From: a bacterium
GTDB lineage: Bacteria > Patescibacteriota > Minisyncoccia > Phycocordibacterales > VMGT01
DNA length: 50,215 nt
Direction of reading: 5' to 3'
NCBI GenBank assembly: GCA_023264615.1
Contig: JAHFLU010000001.1
Span: 1-50,215, forward strand
The position numbers and the translations under genes are program-made. The stretch's first letter is position 1. The number at the start of each line of letters is the position of its first letter. This document shows, piece by piece, positions 38,001 to 46,580 of this stretch. The notes beneath the pieces are model-generated. The model worked only from the letters and a program-made list of their open reading frames with translations. It made no database searches and was not told where the DNA came from.

Positions 38001-38211
38001 TTCGTTCATTTTTTGTCAAATGTGTACGCTCGTCAGGATCTATTTCCGCCAAAAGAATAGGTATGCGAGGATCTTCCGCCTGATAACGGTCGGCAATACT
38101 CTCCCGCAGTGCCTCTTCGAGCGCTAACGGCTCTGGTTCTTGCTGCTCGTGTTTTTCTGTGCGCTGCACAGGAGGACCTTCAACCATAATTTTAGAGTAC
38201 CATACAACCAT
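35026..38211 (-). CDS. Large protein of unknown function (1061 aa) with a C-terminal LOG/SLOG-like Rossmann domain
   Basis: C-terminal region NIIGGARS...GVPGTQSGIGEMFGKEYL...RLMVVGNGGLYTIFEV resembles LOG-family blocks (GGG..G.MG ... PGGxGTxxE). A possible HD-like dyad sits at LLAVAHDTQGH. No TM segments. Confidence 0.5.
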   Translation of the reverse strand: MVVWYSKIMVEGPPVQRTEKHEQQEPEPLALEEALRESIADRYQAEDPRIPILLAEIDPDERTHLTKNERMRAEKNAALLRLLNGHVGRDIRTVAVNGASPEAQFLSSLLSWSKEAAERNSIDLTGFCAESAPEYLNGELTTEQLYERLQFYEKYQDTDRSRFEEEQAKKVAATLGIQGEGVRWTDMIDVAFSEESADRNMRLLLSNVGTIPAELMNKRRFRGIRGTRVALALGSLARIESSEEKDMKSALHEAAGNVRGRRLALEEAGYARGMMEMARHERAKMLNYFFVGKNVEQLRRKGVQNVTLDTNGLFIQLRGFSSHIPYGLVSPEMLETLREGDWMSNIEYEETALRTAEQNTDLRGRVRIVENQMLSFGQKLNTTGTSEELKERFAREVLEGPEEFGKMLANNNLLMPDVLISRVEQYGSEGISALMRVAESIGAVITNEQLAIEHKENFKSYDLLQRTEQSYIARARVLNHPGYYNVTKIVRQILRNFPASDPEQEFLAFRGEYKKVRGGDQHSFVETVYKGVAARVLINEDKHLSGINGLHREYDRLPVFNRDRYTQLEGMLQSYMSFKRCIATLRLLAVAHDTQGHPDYQMIYREIESGLQFLLNHVTKFHSEGENSLSRYRNALSAQRYEDVMARLPVPSAELELQKTIAIFDEADRTYAEFLYNTIGTQRNFTETFVPNLEKKNVDFGEKFVKEAEERCAKDGWNEELCSSGARSRVVEISYQTGDPSETIPFYLEASAVDRLGIPRDKRPLINIIGGARSMETDEKNANDVFARSVFHAAHGHRANVGVPGTQSGIGEMFGKEYLQYLAETEHLPDKEKAHYFSVNPGGNTFYPGNPFLEGTPHNEIFAITPIPSIVTPFKAGWELTGRERFESPYRQHVAYMEALYRRVSDKDDRLMVVGNGGLYTIFEVNASIDNDFKLFLVRGTGRFADVAALFSDRLHEQDLNPRALSDEEFAERVIERVRSKLPEDVAEEFLKKDFGSEVVPENEDYEVYRYFFREYMMRVTKGYYTEIRSLDLKDLEEQLSSYFTVAEKQYRGSRFPYESI

Positions 38212-38278
38212 GTCGATCGGCGGCCAGTTTTCAACAACAATTCGCGTCTACCTTGCATGGGCAAGGTAGACGCTTTTG

Positions 38279-39519
38279 TTAGTTGCGCGGTATCCATGAT
38301 GAAACATACTTCTTGAGTTCAACATCGATCGACTCGCGCGTCGGTATGAGCGGAATACGTGATTCGAACATCACTGCTCTTTGTAAGCTCCAGTCGTTGT
38401 CTTTTGGATCCGCATGTACCTGCGACACACGCAACGCATTCGGCTGTGGCCCATGGCAAAATCCCTGCGGATGAAATGTCATGTCTCCCACTCCAACACT
38501 TCCGGCCCGTGGTGCATACGTGTCAACGAGGAACATACACTCATCATAGGTATTATCGTGATAATACGGAATCGAGTGCACCCGACGGGGGCGAAAAACA
38601 GAGACTGCAACTTTCTCCTCGGCAGATGTAAATACAACAAATTGCGTCGGATCCGTATGCAACGTATCGACCACGGGAACATTGATATCCTTTTCGTTGA
38701 TGATAAAAGGATAGGGGGTTCCCGCCCAGCCGACACTTGCAAGAGGACTTCCTGCATACTCGACAAATGACCACGCCTGTAGGCGCTTCACTGCAAGTAT
38801 GTATGGATTTTTGCAGTCATACGAGACGACAGGAAAATGCTCTAGCTGTTTGTATTCCGGCACACGTACAGCGCGTATGCTGTACGGAACATCATCCATG
38901 CCGGTTTTCGAGCGTAGAAGCGGCTCTGTGCTCTCGATCCCGACAAAAATCGTCTTGTTCGTATCAGCCTGACGTTCCGGGGCACTATCTGCGTGCAGTT
39001 CATATATAAACCCCTTTGGTATATAGAGATAGTCACCCGTTCCATACCGCAAGATGCCAAGTTCGGTCACACAGATACCGTTGCCACGATACACGTACCA
39101 TATTTCGTCACCATCTATATTCTGATATCCCCGCATTGCCCCCATACGGCATATAAACGGAGTACTCGATGGATCGATCACGAATACTTGAACAGAAACA
39201 GACTTGTCCCGCGTTTCAAGCAGCTGGTGCGGAAAATACCACGGCAGTACGGAATCAATATGATACGCCCGCGGTGTTGGCGTCAGTCGTTCCGAAATAT
39301 TGCCAATCCGCAATTCTCTCGGCATATGCGGCGATACTGCGATATATGCAAGGGGATGAGAGAAAACATACGGCGGCGGATAGGGCACAGCAATTTGCTG
39401 ATGAAAACCTTTTTTGCGGATCACATAGCCAACATCCGGCCGTGATGCTCCATCAAATTTGACACGTTCCTGCCAGCCCTCGAGTACATCCCATTCATGC
39501 GGATACTCTAGAGTACTCA
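38279..39519 (-). CDS. hmgA: Homogentisate 1,2-dioxygenase-like cupin
   Basis: YHDNTYDECMFLVDTYAPRAGSVGVGDMTFHPQGFCHGPQPNAL parallels the HGO block YHRNCMSEFMGLI...GG.SLH...PHGPD. Start MSTLEY at 39519 has GAGAAAGGA upstream. The longer track ORF (to 39718) runs into the MITE and is rejected. Confidence 0.7.
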
Positions 39520-39609
39520 TTATAAATCCTTTCTCACGTGCATGTGCAAAACATTTTTCCTTGAACAAATATGTCACATGCTTGCATCTTCGTAAAGAAC
39601 CTATTTCAC

Positions 39610-39732
39610 GAGCTTGGTGAATATTGATGAGATGCGAAGCGTCGAGGAGCGAAAACCCGAGGCGTACTAGGAGATACGGTAAGGGTTTAAGCGACGAAGA
39701 CAACGACGCAGATCGCAATATTCACCAAGCTC
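39610..39732 (-). mobile_element. 123-bp MITE-like element, copy B, inverted relative to copy A, with a 7-bp target-site duplication ATTTCAC
   Basis: TIR GAGCTTGGTGAATATTG / CAATATTCACCAAGCTC. Direct repeat atttcac at 39603-39609 and 39733-39739. It sits in the divergent promoter region between hmgA-like and the ALDH gene. Confidence 0.8.
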
Positions 39733-39811
39733 ATTTCACAGAAACAATATTTTGTGTTTACATATCCCTGGAAACACAGTGTTCATCACAATTCATTGAG
39801 GAAAAAGCGGT

Positions 39812-41407
39812 ATGAACCTAACCTGGAAAACAGTAGATCCAGAAGACGGGATAGCGGAGCTACCAAAAAAGATCTGGCTGGCACAAAATCTATCAGAGGG
39901 GGAATTTTGGACACCAAACATAACGCATATGCGCACGATCCCCGATCCCTTGCGTGGCAACGACATGCTTCTGGTGCCGAACACGCCACCCGAACAATTT
40001 GGAACCTTTATCAAAGGACTCCAAAAAACACCGACCTATGGACTACATAATCCGTATTTGAATAGCACTCGTTATATCAGTCTTGGCAGAGTATCGGCGC
40101 GGGCAGCACAAGCGCTGGAGCAGGAAAAAATTGCCCATTTTTTCGCCTGTCTCATACAGCGCGTCATGCCAAAATCATACGCACAGTGCATGGGCGAAGT
40201 TACCGTCACGCGAGACTTTCTCTATAACTTTTCTGCCGACAACGTACGCTTTCATTTCGGGCGAAGCTTTTCAACAACCGGAAATCACGACGGACAAACG
40301 AGCAATGGTTACCGTTATCCACACGGTCCCGTTGTTATCATCACGCCTTTCAATTTTCCCCTTGAAATTCCAGCACTCCAGATCATGGCCGCACTTTTTA
40401 CGGGAAATAGACCTCTCGTAAAATCAGACTCGAAAGTATCCATCGTAACGGAGCAATTCATACGGCTCCTCATTAAGTGCGGGCTTCCCGCGGGCGACCT
40501 TGACCTTATCCACTGTAGCGGCGAAAACATGGGGTTATTTTTGCAACAAGCCGCAAAACACATCGCATTCTCTCAGTTCACCGGCTCGACAGAGGTCGGC
40601 GAGTATGTGATGAAAACACTCAATGGCAAAGCAAAGCTCGAGGATGCCGGCTTTAACTGGAAAATCATCGGAAAAGATATTCCGCCCGAGTCACTTCCCT
40701 ACATCGCATGGCAGTGCGATCAGGATGCGTATGCCGCATCAGGACAGAAATGTTCTGCACAATCGCTCCTCTTTGTGCATACGAAACATGCCATAAAACT
40801 TGAGCATCATCTTAGAACACTCGCACGGCGGCGGCGGCTTGATAACCTCACCGTTGGACCACTCCTTTCGATAACGAATGTGGACATACAAAAACACATC
40901 ACGGCAATTTTAGGGCTGCCATATCCGTATCTCCTCTGGGGAGGAATGTCGCTTACCAATCACTCGATTCCGCCTTGCTATGGAGCATTTCAGCCAACCG
41001 CCTTCTCTCTGCCAATTGGACTTCTCTGTATCGAACAACAGTTCGACCTCCTTACAAAAGAGATTTTTGGACCGTTTCAAGTCATTGTTGAGTATAGTGA
41101 TAATCAGGTGAATACCATGCTCGCAATACTTGAGCGTGTGAAGCGCCGTCTCACCGCTGCAGTCGTTTCAAACGACCACATGTTCCTTTCAAAAATTCTC
41201 GGGTGCACAACAAACGGTACCACCTACGCCGGCATTCGGGCACGAACAACCGGCGCTCCGCAAAACCATTGGTTCGGCCCCTGCGGCCCAACTGCTGCGG
41301 GTATCGGTACGCCCGAATCCATTATCTCAACATGGACATCACATCGCGAAGTGGTTTTTGATACCTTTGCTCCTCCGATAGACTGGGTTCTTCCCGATCC
41401 ATCGTAA
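39812..41407 (+). CDS. Aldehyde dehydrogenase superfamily, ALDH4-type 1-pyrroline-5-carboxylate dehydrogenase-like
   Basis: ITPFNFPLEIPAL (ALDH NAD-binding start), FTGSTEVG, catalytic-Cys block ASGQKCSAQSLLFVH. The C-terminal IFGPFQVIV...GAPQNHWFGPCGPTAAG resembles ALDH4 / P5CDH. Confidence 0.8.
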   Translation: MNLTWKTVDPEDGIAELPKKIWLAQNLSEGEFWTPNITHMRTIPDPLRGNDMLLVPNTPPEQFGTFIKGLQKTPTYGLHNPYLNSTRYISLGRVSARAAQALEQEKIAHFFACLIQRVMPKSYAQCMGEVTVTRDFLYNFSADNVRFHFGRSFSTTGNHDGQTSNGYRYPHGPVVIITPFNFPLEIPALQIMAALFTGNRPLVKSDSKVSIVTEQFIRLLIKCGLPAGDLDLIHCSGENMGLFLQQAAKHIAFSQFTGSTEVGEYVMKTLNGKAKLEDAGFNWKIIGKDIPPESLPYIAWQCDQDAYAASGQKCSAQSLLFVHTKHAIKLEHHLRTLARRRRLDNLTVGPLLSITNVDIQKHITAILGLPYPYLLWGGMSLTNHSIPPCYGAFQPTAFSLPIGLLCIEQQFDLLTKEIFGPFQVIVEYSDNQVNTMLAILERVKRRLTAAVVSNDHMFLSKILGCTTNGTTYAGIRARTTGAPQNHWFGPCGPTAAGIGTPESIISTWTSHREVVFDTFAPPIDWVLPDPS

Positions 41408-41417
41408 ATGCCAATAC

Positions 41418-41460
41418 ACAGTCCTATTTTGCATCTGCAAAATAGGACTGTTTTCATTTT
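41418..41460 (+). terminator. Rho-independent terminator (acagtcctattttgca tc tgcaaaataggactgt + tttcatttt)
   Basis: A 14-16 bp perfect stem 11 nt after the TAA of the ALDH gene, followed by a T-run. Confidence 0.75.
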
Positions 41461-41518
41461 CAATCCGCTGCCATTGCAATTTATATAAAAGTGTGGTACA
41501 AGAGTCGCAGCGTTACAG

Positions 41519-41537
41519 TATTTGGATAATCCAAATA
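41519..41537. promoter_or_regulatory. Perfect 19-bp palindrome TATTTGGATAATCCAAATA upstream of the flotillin gene (candidate dimeric transcription-factor operator)
   Basis: Seen directly. It lies about 47 bp upstream of the AAGGAG RBS and the ATG at 41584. Confidence 0.4.
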
Positions 41538-41583
41538 CCCGGTTCTACACAACATCTACAAGATGTACAAGGAGTGACTGTTT

Positions 41584-43431
41584 ATGGAACACTCTATGGG
41601 TGCTCTTCAGAGTTTTATCGCGTCGTATGGGTGGGTAATTGGTTTGATGCTTGTTCTCGTCTGCTACAAATTGGTACTGCGGTTTTTCGGTGTCCTCGTT
41701 GTTCCCGACAATCACATCGGGATCGTGAATAAGAAGTTTAAAATTTTCGGCACCAACCGAAATCTCCCCGAGGGGAAAATCATCTCTCTCAATGGAGAAG
41801 CTGGCTGGCAAGCTGACACCTTGGCTCCCGGGCTACAATATTTTAAGTGGCCCTGGCAATACCAGATAAAGTTTGAAGCGTTCAAGGTTGTTGACAAGGC
41901 ATACATCGCCACCGTAGAGGCTACGGACGGCATATCGCTGACCAATAAGGAGTCAAACCCCACTGGCCGCGTCTTTGGCAAACATGTCGACTGCGACACA
42001 TTCCAAAATGCACGCATGTTTCTCAGTAATGGCGGCGAGCGCGGTACGCAGATATCAATCGTTCCACCGGGAACCTACCGAATCAATACCGCAATGTTTA
42101 AGGTAGCCGATGCCAAGATCCAGGAAGTTCCGGATAACATGATTGGAATTGTAACCACCAAAGACGGAAGACCTCTCGCAACAGGGGACATTGCAGGTGT
42201 TGAAGTTCCTAACCACAATATGTATCAGAACGGTCAGGGATTTATCGACAGTGGTGGCTTTAAGGGGCCGCAAGTACAGGTGCTGATGTCAGGCAAATAC
42301 CTCCTCAATCCGCTGTTTGCAACAGTAGAGTATGAGAAGCTTACGCCTGTACCTATTGCAGAGGCCGGTATTGTAATCAGTTACGTCGGCGAGGCAGGAC
42401 AAGACGTAACAGGTGCAGAGTTCCAGCATGCCAATATGGTCGTAAAAGGCCACAAAGGTGTGTGGGTCGAGCCTTTCGACCCGGGAAACTATCCTATAAA
42501 TCCCAGGACCCACAAACTTGAGCTTGTTTCCACAGCAAATATTGTCCTCAACTGGGCAACAGGCAAAACTGAAGCGCACTTGCTCGATGAACACCTCTCA
42601 ACCATCAAATTGCGCTCAAGCGATGGGTTTCCATTTCCTTTGGATGTGAGTCAGATCATCCACATTCCAAGAAACTTTGCTCCCATGGTGATCGCGCAAT
42701 TCGGAAGCGTGAGAGCACTCGTTACACAGGTCCTTGAACCGACGATCGGAAACTACTTCCGTAACGCAGCACAGTCTTCTACGGTAATCGACTTTGTGAA
42801 CAACCGGCAGCAAATTCAACAAAATGCACGCCAGTGCATTACGGAAGCGCTCGCAAAATATAACGTGATCGCCGTTGACACGCTCATAGGCGATCTCATT
42901 CCTCCCGACGAGCTCATGAAGCCCCTCAAGGACCGCAAAGTTGCAGAGCAAGAAAAACTCACCTACCAGACACAAGAGCTCGCTGAACAAACACGCAAGC
43001 AGTATCAGGAAGCGCGTGCGCTTGCTGATACCCAGGCAAGCGTTGTTGCGGCACAGCGCCAGGTTGAAATCGCAAAGCACACGGCTGATGCAGCAGTAAA
43101 CACTGCTCGTGGTCAAGCCGATGCAAAGACGCTTGTGTCCGTAGCAGATGCAGCAGTCATCGTCAACGTGGGAAATGCCGAAGCGGGCAGAACCCTCGCC
43201 ATCGGTAAGGCTGAAGCTGCAGTTATCGAGCTCAAAGTTCATTCGATGAGTTCTGAAAACTTTGCACGCGTCGAGGTAGCTCGAGCCCTTTCGACCAGTG
43301 GCCAAAAGCTTGTCCCCGATATCATTGCCGGCGGTAGTGAAAGCAATGGCGGTACAATGGTTGAGGTCCTGCTTGCCAATATTGTGCAAAAGCAGCTCGA
43401 TGCACACAAGAATGGCAACGCCACTTCTTAA
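41584..43431 (+). CDS. Flotillin-like SPFH/band-7 membrane protein (FloT/YqiK-like)
   Basis: N-terminal TM helix WVIGLMLVLVCYKLVLRFFGV and SPFH core (VVPDNHIGIVNKKF...). C-terminal A/E/Q-rich flotillin-type coiled-coil repeats. AAGGAG RBS. Confidence 0.8.
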   Translation: MEHSMGALQSFIASYGWVIGLMLVLVCYKLVLRFFGVLVVPDNHIGIVNKKFKIFGTNRNLPEGKIISLNGEAGWQADTLAPGLQYFKWPWQYQIKFEAFKVVDKAYIATVEATDGISLTNKESNPTGRVFGKHVDCDTFQNARMFLSNGGERGTQISIVPPGTYRINTAMFKVADAKIQEVPDNMIGIVTTKDGRPLATGDIAGVEVPNHNMYQNGQGFIDSGGFKGPQVQVLMSGKYLLNPLFATVEYEKLTPVPIAEAGIVISYVGEAGQDVTGAEFQHANMVVKGHKGVWVEPFDPGNYPINPRTHKLELVSTANIVLNWATGKTEAHLLDEHLSTIKLRSSDGFPFPLDVSQIIHIPRNFAPMVIAQFGSVRALVTQVLEPTIGNYFRNAAQSSTVIDFVNNRQQIQQNARQCITEALAKYNVIAVDTLIGDLIPPDELMKPLKDRKVAEQEKLTYQTQELAEQTRKQYQEARALADTQASVVAAQRQVEIAKHTADAAVNTARGQADAKTLVSVADAAVIVNVGNAEAGRTLAIGKAEAAVIELKVHSMSSENFARVEVARALSTSGQKLVPDIIAGGSESNGGTMVEVLLANIVQKQLDAHKNGNATS

Positions 43432-43468
43432 CCTTCCGCCAAACCTTGCTCGGGTATAAACCCAAGCA

Positions 43469-43504
43469 AATCCCGTACTCACGATTTTATGAGTACGGGA
43501 TTTT
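43469..43504. terminator. Bidirectional Rho-independent terminator (aatcccgtactca cgatttta tgagtacgggatt + tt)
   Basis: A 13-bp perfect stem between the flotillin gene and the convergent REC gene. Confidence 0.7.
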
Positions 43505-43553
43505 CATATCTGAAATACATGTGATACCACACCTCTCCTCTACAGAGCAGGAG

Positions 43554-43976
43554 TTATTCTTTCTTTTCCAGTGCGGATGTTTTGGTAATACCAGAATTTT
43601 TAAGCACCGTAGCAATCCGCTCGGTAAATTCATTGAGATCGATACTCTTGTGAATCACGTCTTGCACATAGAGTTCCTCAACCCATTTTTTTGCTTCAAT
43701 CGAAAAATCTTCATTTGACAGAAATACGATGGGAATACTTTTAGTTTCTTTCTCTTGCCGCATCGCTCGCGCTATTTTAAAACCATCATCCCCCGGCATA
43801 CGCACATCAAGAAGTATCAAATCGGGCTTATAATTGCGCGCCATTTCCCTCCCACTTTCCGCATTTGTCGCATAGAGCACCTCATAGTCATGCTGCGCAA
43901 GCTTCGTACCGAAAAGACGGCGGAAGTCCTCATCGTCATCAATAATTAAAATATGTATTTTTCTCTCTTTCGCCAT
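43554..43976 (-). CDS. Single-domain (CheY-like) response regulator
   Basis: MAKERKIHILIIDDDEDF...DLILLDVRMPGDDG...KSIPIVFLS. The likely start MAKERK lies 13 bp after the HK stop. The track ORF extends to 44048. Confidence 0.8.
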   Translation of the reverse strand: MAKERKIHILIIDDDEDFRRLFGTKLAQHDYEVLYATNAESGREMARNYKPDLILLDVRMPGDDGFKIARAMRQEKETKSIPIVFLSNEDFSIEAKKWVEELYVQDVIHKSIDLNEFTERIATVLKNSGITKTSALEKKE

Positions 43977-43989
43977 AGGACAAAATATA

Positions 43990-45780
43990 TCATGTGTGGA
44001 CAGGTAAAGAGAAGCTGAATGTGGAGCCTTTTCCTTCCTCGGAAACAAACCATATCTTTCCTCCCATCTTTTCGACGAGCTGTTTCACAATAAAGAGTCC
44101 GAGTCCTGTGCCGGTAACATCTTCGGTTCCTTTTGCTCTGACGCGGTAAAATTTTTCAAACAACTTCTTCTGTGCTACCTTGGAAATGCCAATACCACTA
44201 TCGCGCACATGTGTCACAAACATATCTTTGACCATCTCTTGCGAAATAACGATTGTTCCCGACCCAAGGGTGTATTTGATTGCATTGCTTATCAGATTCG
44301 TCATGATCTCTTTGAGTTTGCCTTCGTCCGCAAGTACATAGCTCGTCACCGGACGATATTCAATCGTTATCTCTTTCTTTTTTGCAAGTACAATAAGCGT
44401 TTTCACTACTTCATCTGTCGCGACCGAAATATCCACCGGATGCACGGAGATTTCAATCTTTCCTGCGTCAGAACGCGCCACCTCGAGCAAATCATTCACT
44501 AAATGAACCAAACCCTCGTTTGCACGGTCAATCCGGTCAAGGTACTCCACAGCTTCAAGCGTAATACCATTTTTCGCCCTGTCCTCAAGGAGTAAGGAAA
44601 TAAAGCCCTTGATCGCTGTCACGGGCGCACGCAGCTCATGTGCGGCAATATAGACAAATTCTCCTTTCAATTCTTCCAGTCGCTTAAGGCCTTTCGACAT
44701 TCTGTTGAATGCATGACCCAGTTCTTCCAGTTCATCGTTCGTTGTCACAACAACTTCTTTTTCAAAATGACCCTGTTCAATCTCTTCTGCCCTCTTTTTA
44801 AGCATATTAATCGGCCGTGTCAGTTTCGACGCAATGACCGGCGCAAGAAGAAGAACTGCAATGATGCTCGCGAGTGTCGTCACGAGCACCTGGTTTCGTA
44901 TAGTATTCATCACCGCGTCAGCATCCGAGAGCGGCCATTCCACAACAAACGCCCATCCTGTACTTTCCATACGCTTTCCCGCTGCAACAACCGGTTCTTT
45001 ATAAAAAATGCTCTGATACCGATCCTCCGGCTGCAGCGCATCTACAGATTTCCCCGTAAGAGCGCGTCGGATAGATACAACATCGTCCACACGTACCCCT
45101 TCTGCAATGCCCGATTCACGCTCTGCGATCAGACGCCCGTTATTATCCGCGAGAATAATTCCTCCCCGTTCTCCGATAACGCCGCTTTTGATAAACTCTT
45201 GCACTTCACGAAGCGACACTTCCGCAGTAAGCACATCTACGACAACACCGTTTCTGTTCACAACCGGAGCGGACATCGTTACAGAGGGTCCCTCGATGGT
45301 GTAATACACTTCGCCGACATATCTCCTGCCTTCTTTTGTTTCAGTAAATTTTGGCAACAATGAAACATTGAATAATTCGGGGACATCCGGCAGCCTATTC
45401 TTTTTTGCTGTTTCCACACCATACGTTGAAGTTGCCGAAAGCACAGAGATAAAACTCACCTCTTCAAACGCAGCATTTTGCGCAAGCAGGTTTTCCAGGA
45501 AAAAATTTTGCTGGGTAATATCAATCTCCGATTTTTGATCATAGCCGACCACCAGTTCAAGAAGTCCAAGCGTACGTTCAAAAAACTTTTCGGTTTCTTC
45601 AATTTTTTGGCCGATCAGTTGCAATTCAAGCGCAGACACATCACGACGATGTGATGTGTCTATCAGAAACAATGACGCTGCACCAAGGATAAGTACAGGC
45701 ACCGTTGTCAACACAATAAAATATAAAAGAAAACGCGTGCGCAAAGGCGAACCATGTATTTTTTGTAAAAATTTTTCCAT
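43990..45780 (-). CDS. Sensor histidine kinase (TM, periplasmic Cache-like domain, TM, HAMP, HisKA, HATPase_c)
   Basis: Two TM helices flank an extracytoplasmic domain of about 270 aa. H-box IAAHELRAPVTAIKG, N-box MTNLISNAIKYT, G1 box DSGIGI, G2 box GTGLGLFIVKQL. Confidence 0.85.
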   Translation of the reverse strand: MEKFLQKIHGSPLRTRFLLYFIVLTTVPVLILGAASLFLIDTSHRRDVSALELQLIGQKIEETEKFFERTLGLLELVVGYDQKSEIDITQQNFFLENLLAQNAAFEEVSFISVLSATSTYGVETAKKNRLPDVPELFNVSLLPKFTETKEGRRYVGEVYYTIEGPSVTMSAPVVNRNGVVVDVLTAEVSLREVQEFIKSGVIGERGGIILADNNGRLIAERESGIAEGVRVDDVVSIRRALTGKSVDALQPEDRYQSIFYKEPVVAAGKRMESTGWAFVVEWPLSDADAVMNTIRNQVLVTTLASIIAVLLLAPVIASKLTRPINMLKKRAEEIEQGHFEKEVVVTTNDELEELGHAFNRMSKGLKRLEELKGEFVYIAAHELRAPVTAIKGFISLLLEDRAKNGITLEAVEYLDRIDRANEGLVHLVNDLLEVARSDAGKIEISVHPVDISVATDEVVKTLIVLAKKKEITIEYRPVTSYVLADEGKLKEIMTNLISNAIKYTLGSGTIVISQEMVKDMFVTHVRDSGIGISKVAQKKLFEKFYRVRAKGTEDVTGTGLGLFIVKQLVEKMGGKIWFVSEEGKGSTFSFSLPVHT

Positions 45781-45785
45781 GAAAC

Positions 45786-46580
45786 TTATAAGCCAAGCTC
45801 CTGAAGCATTTTTTGAGATATGAAGGTCTGCCCGATCGGACGATACCTGCCAAGTCCCATGATGTCCGCAGACGTGGCGATACCTTCGGGTATCGTATAT
45901 GCATCAGGAAGACCAAGCGTGTGGTAAAACTCGTGTGCAAGGAGGCTTTCGCTTACCGCAGCATATTCAATGTCCGAAAGAAATATACGCGAAATAAGGG
46001 CAACGTTGTCGCCACCCGTCGAGCCAACCCCTTCATACATAATCACCAAAACATGGTATGCATCCGGGGGAACATGGTCGAAATCGGCACGATACAGATC
46101 CCCATCTTTTGCAAGAACGCGCGATTCTATCTCGGGAACAATACGCCGAAGCGCTGCCGGGTTCCCGTGCTGTGTTATAGACGTATCATAGGCAAGATTG
46201 TCCAAATTGCCGATGATCGGTTCCGGATATATTTCATACAAAATAGAAGATGCTCCCTGAAGCTGTACTGTGTGGAAACGAACAAGCGCATCAAGCTTTT
46301 TGTGCAATAGTTTCTGCCATTCGTTATGGATATTTTCCTCTTTGTTTTTTGGAATAAAATAAAATGCGCTGATATATATACGAGAGAGCGGCTGTTCCAA
46401 ATTTCCCATCCGATGTACAGAACGCACGGTCACATTTTTTTCTGAATATAAAACGGGAACGCCAACTGAAAAATACATCCAGATAACGGCACCAAATACC
46501 AAAACAAGAACAGCGACAAGATACTTGAACATACACAGTACAGTATACCTGTAAATGCAAAAAAAACGCGGAGTATTCAT
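45786..46580 (-). CDS. Putative membrane-anchored zinc metallopeptidase (HExxH)
   Basis: N-terminal TM helix YLVAVLVLVFGAVIWMYF. Motif LLAHEFYHTLGLPDAY (HExxHxxGxxD), with a downstream SADIMG that could be a Met-turn. Confidence 0.55.
   Translation of the reverse strand: MNTPRFFCIYRYTVLCMFKYLVAVLVLVFGAVIWMYFSVGVPVLYSEKNVTVRSVHRMGNLEQPLSRIYISAFYFIPKNKEENIHNEWQKLLHKKLDALVRFHTVQLQGASSILYEIYPEPIIGNLDNLAYDTSITQHGNPAALRRIVPEIESRVLAKDGDLYRADFDHVPPDAYHVLVIMYEGVGSTGGDNVALISRIFLSDIEYAAVSESLLAHEFYHTLGLPDAYTIPEGIATSADIMGLGRYRPIGQTFISQKMLQELGL

Noticed and set aside
38279-39718. Track ORF extended to 39718 with N-terminus MRSASLSSSLKPLPYLLVRLGF...
   Set aside because: The first 66 codons are translated from the MITE repeat (the same peptide appears at 13290). 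A good RBS and Met (MSTLEY) at 39519 marks the real start, and homogentisate-dioxygenase similarity begins there.
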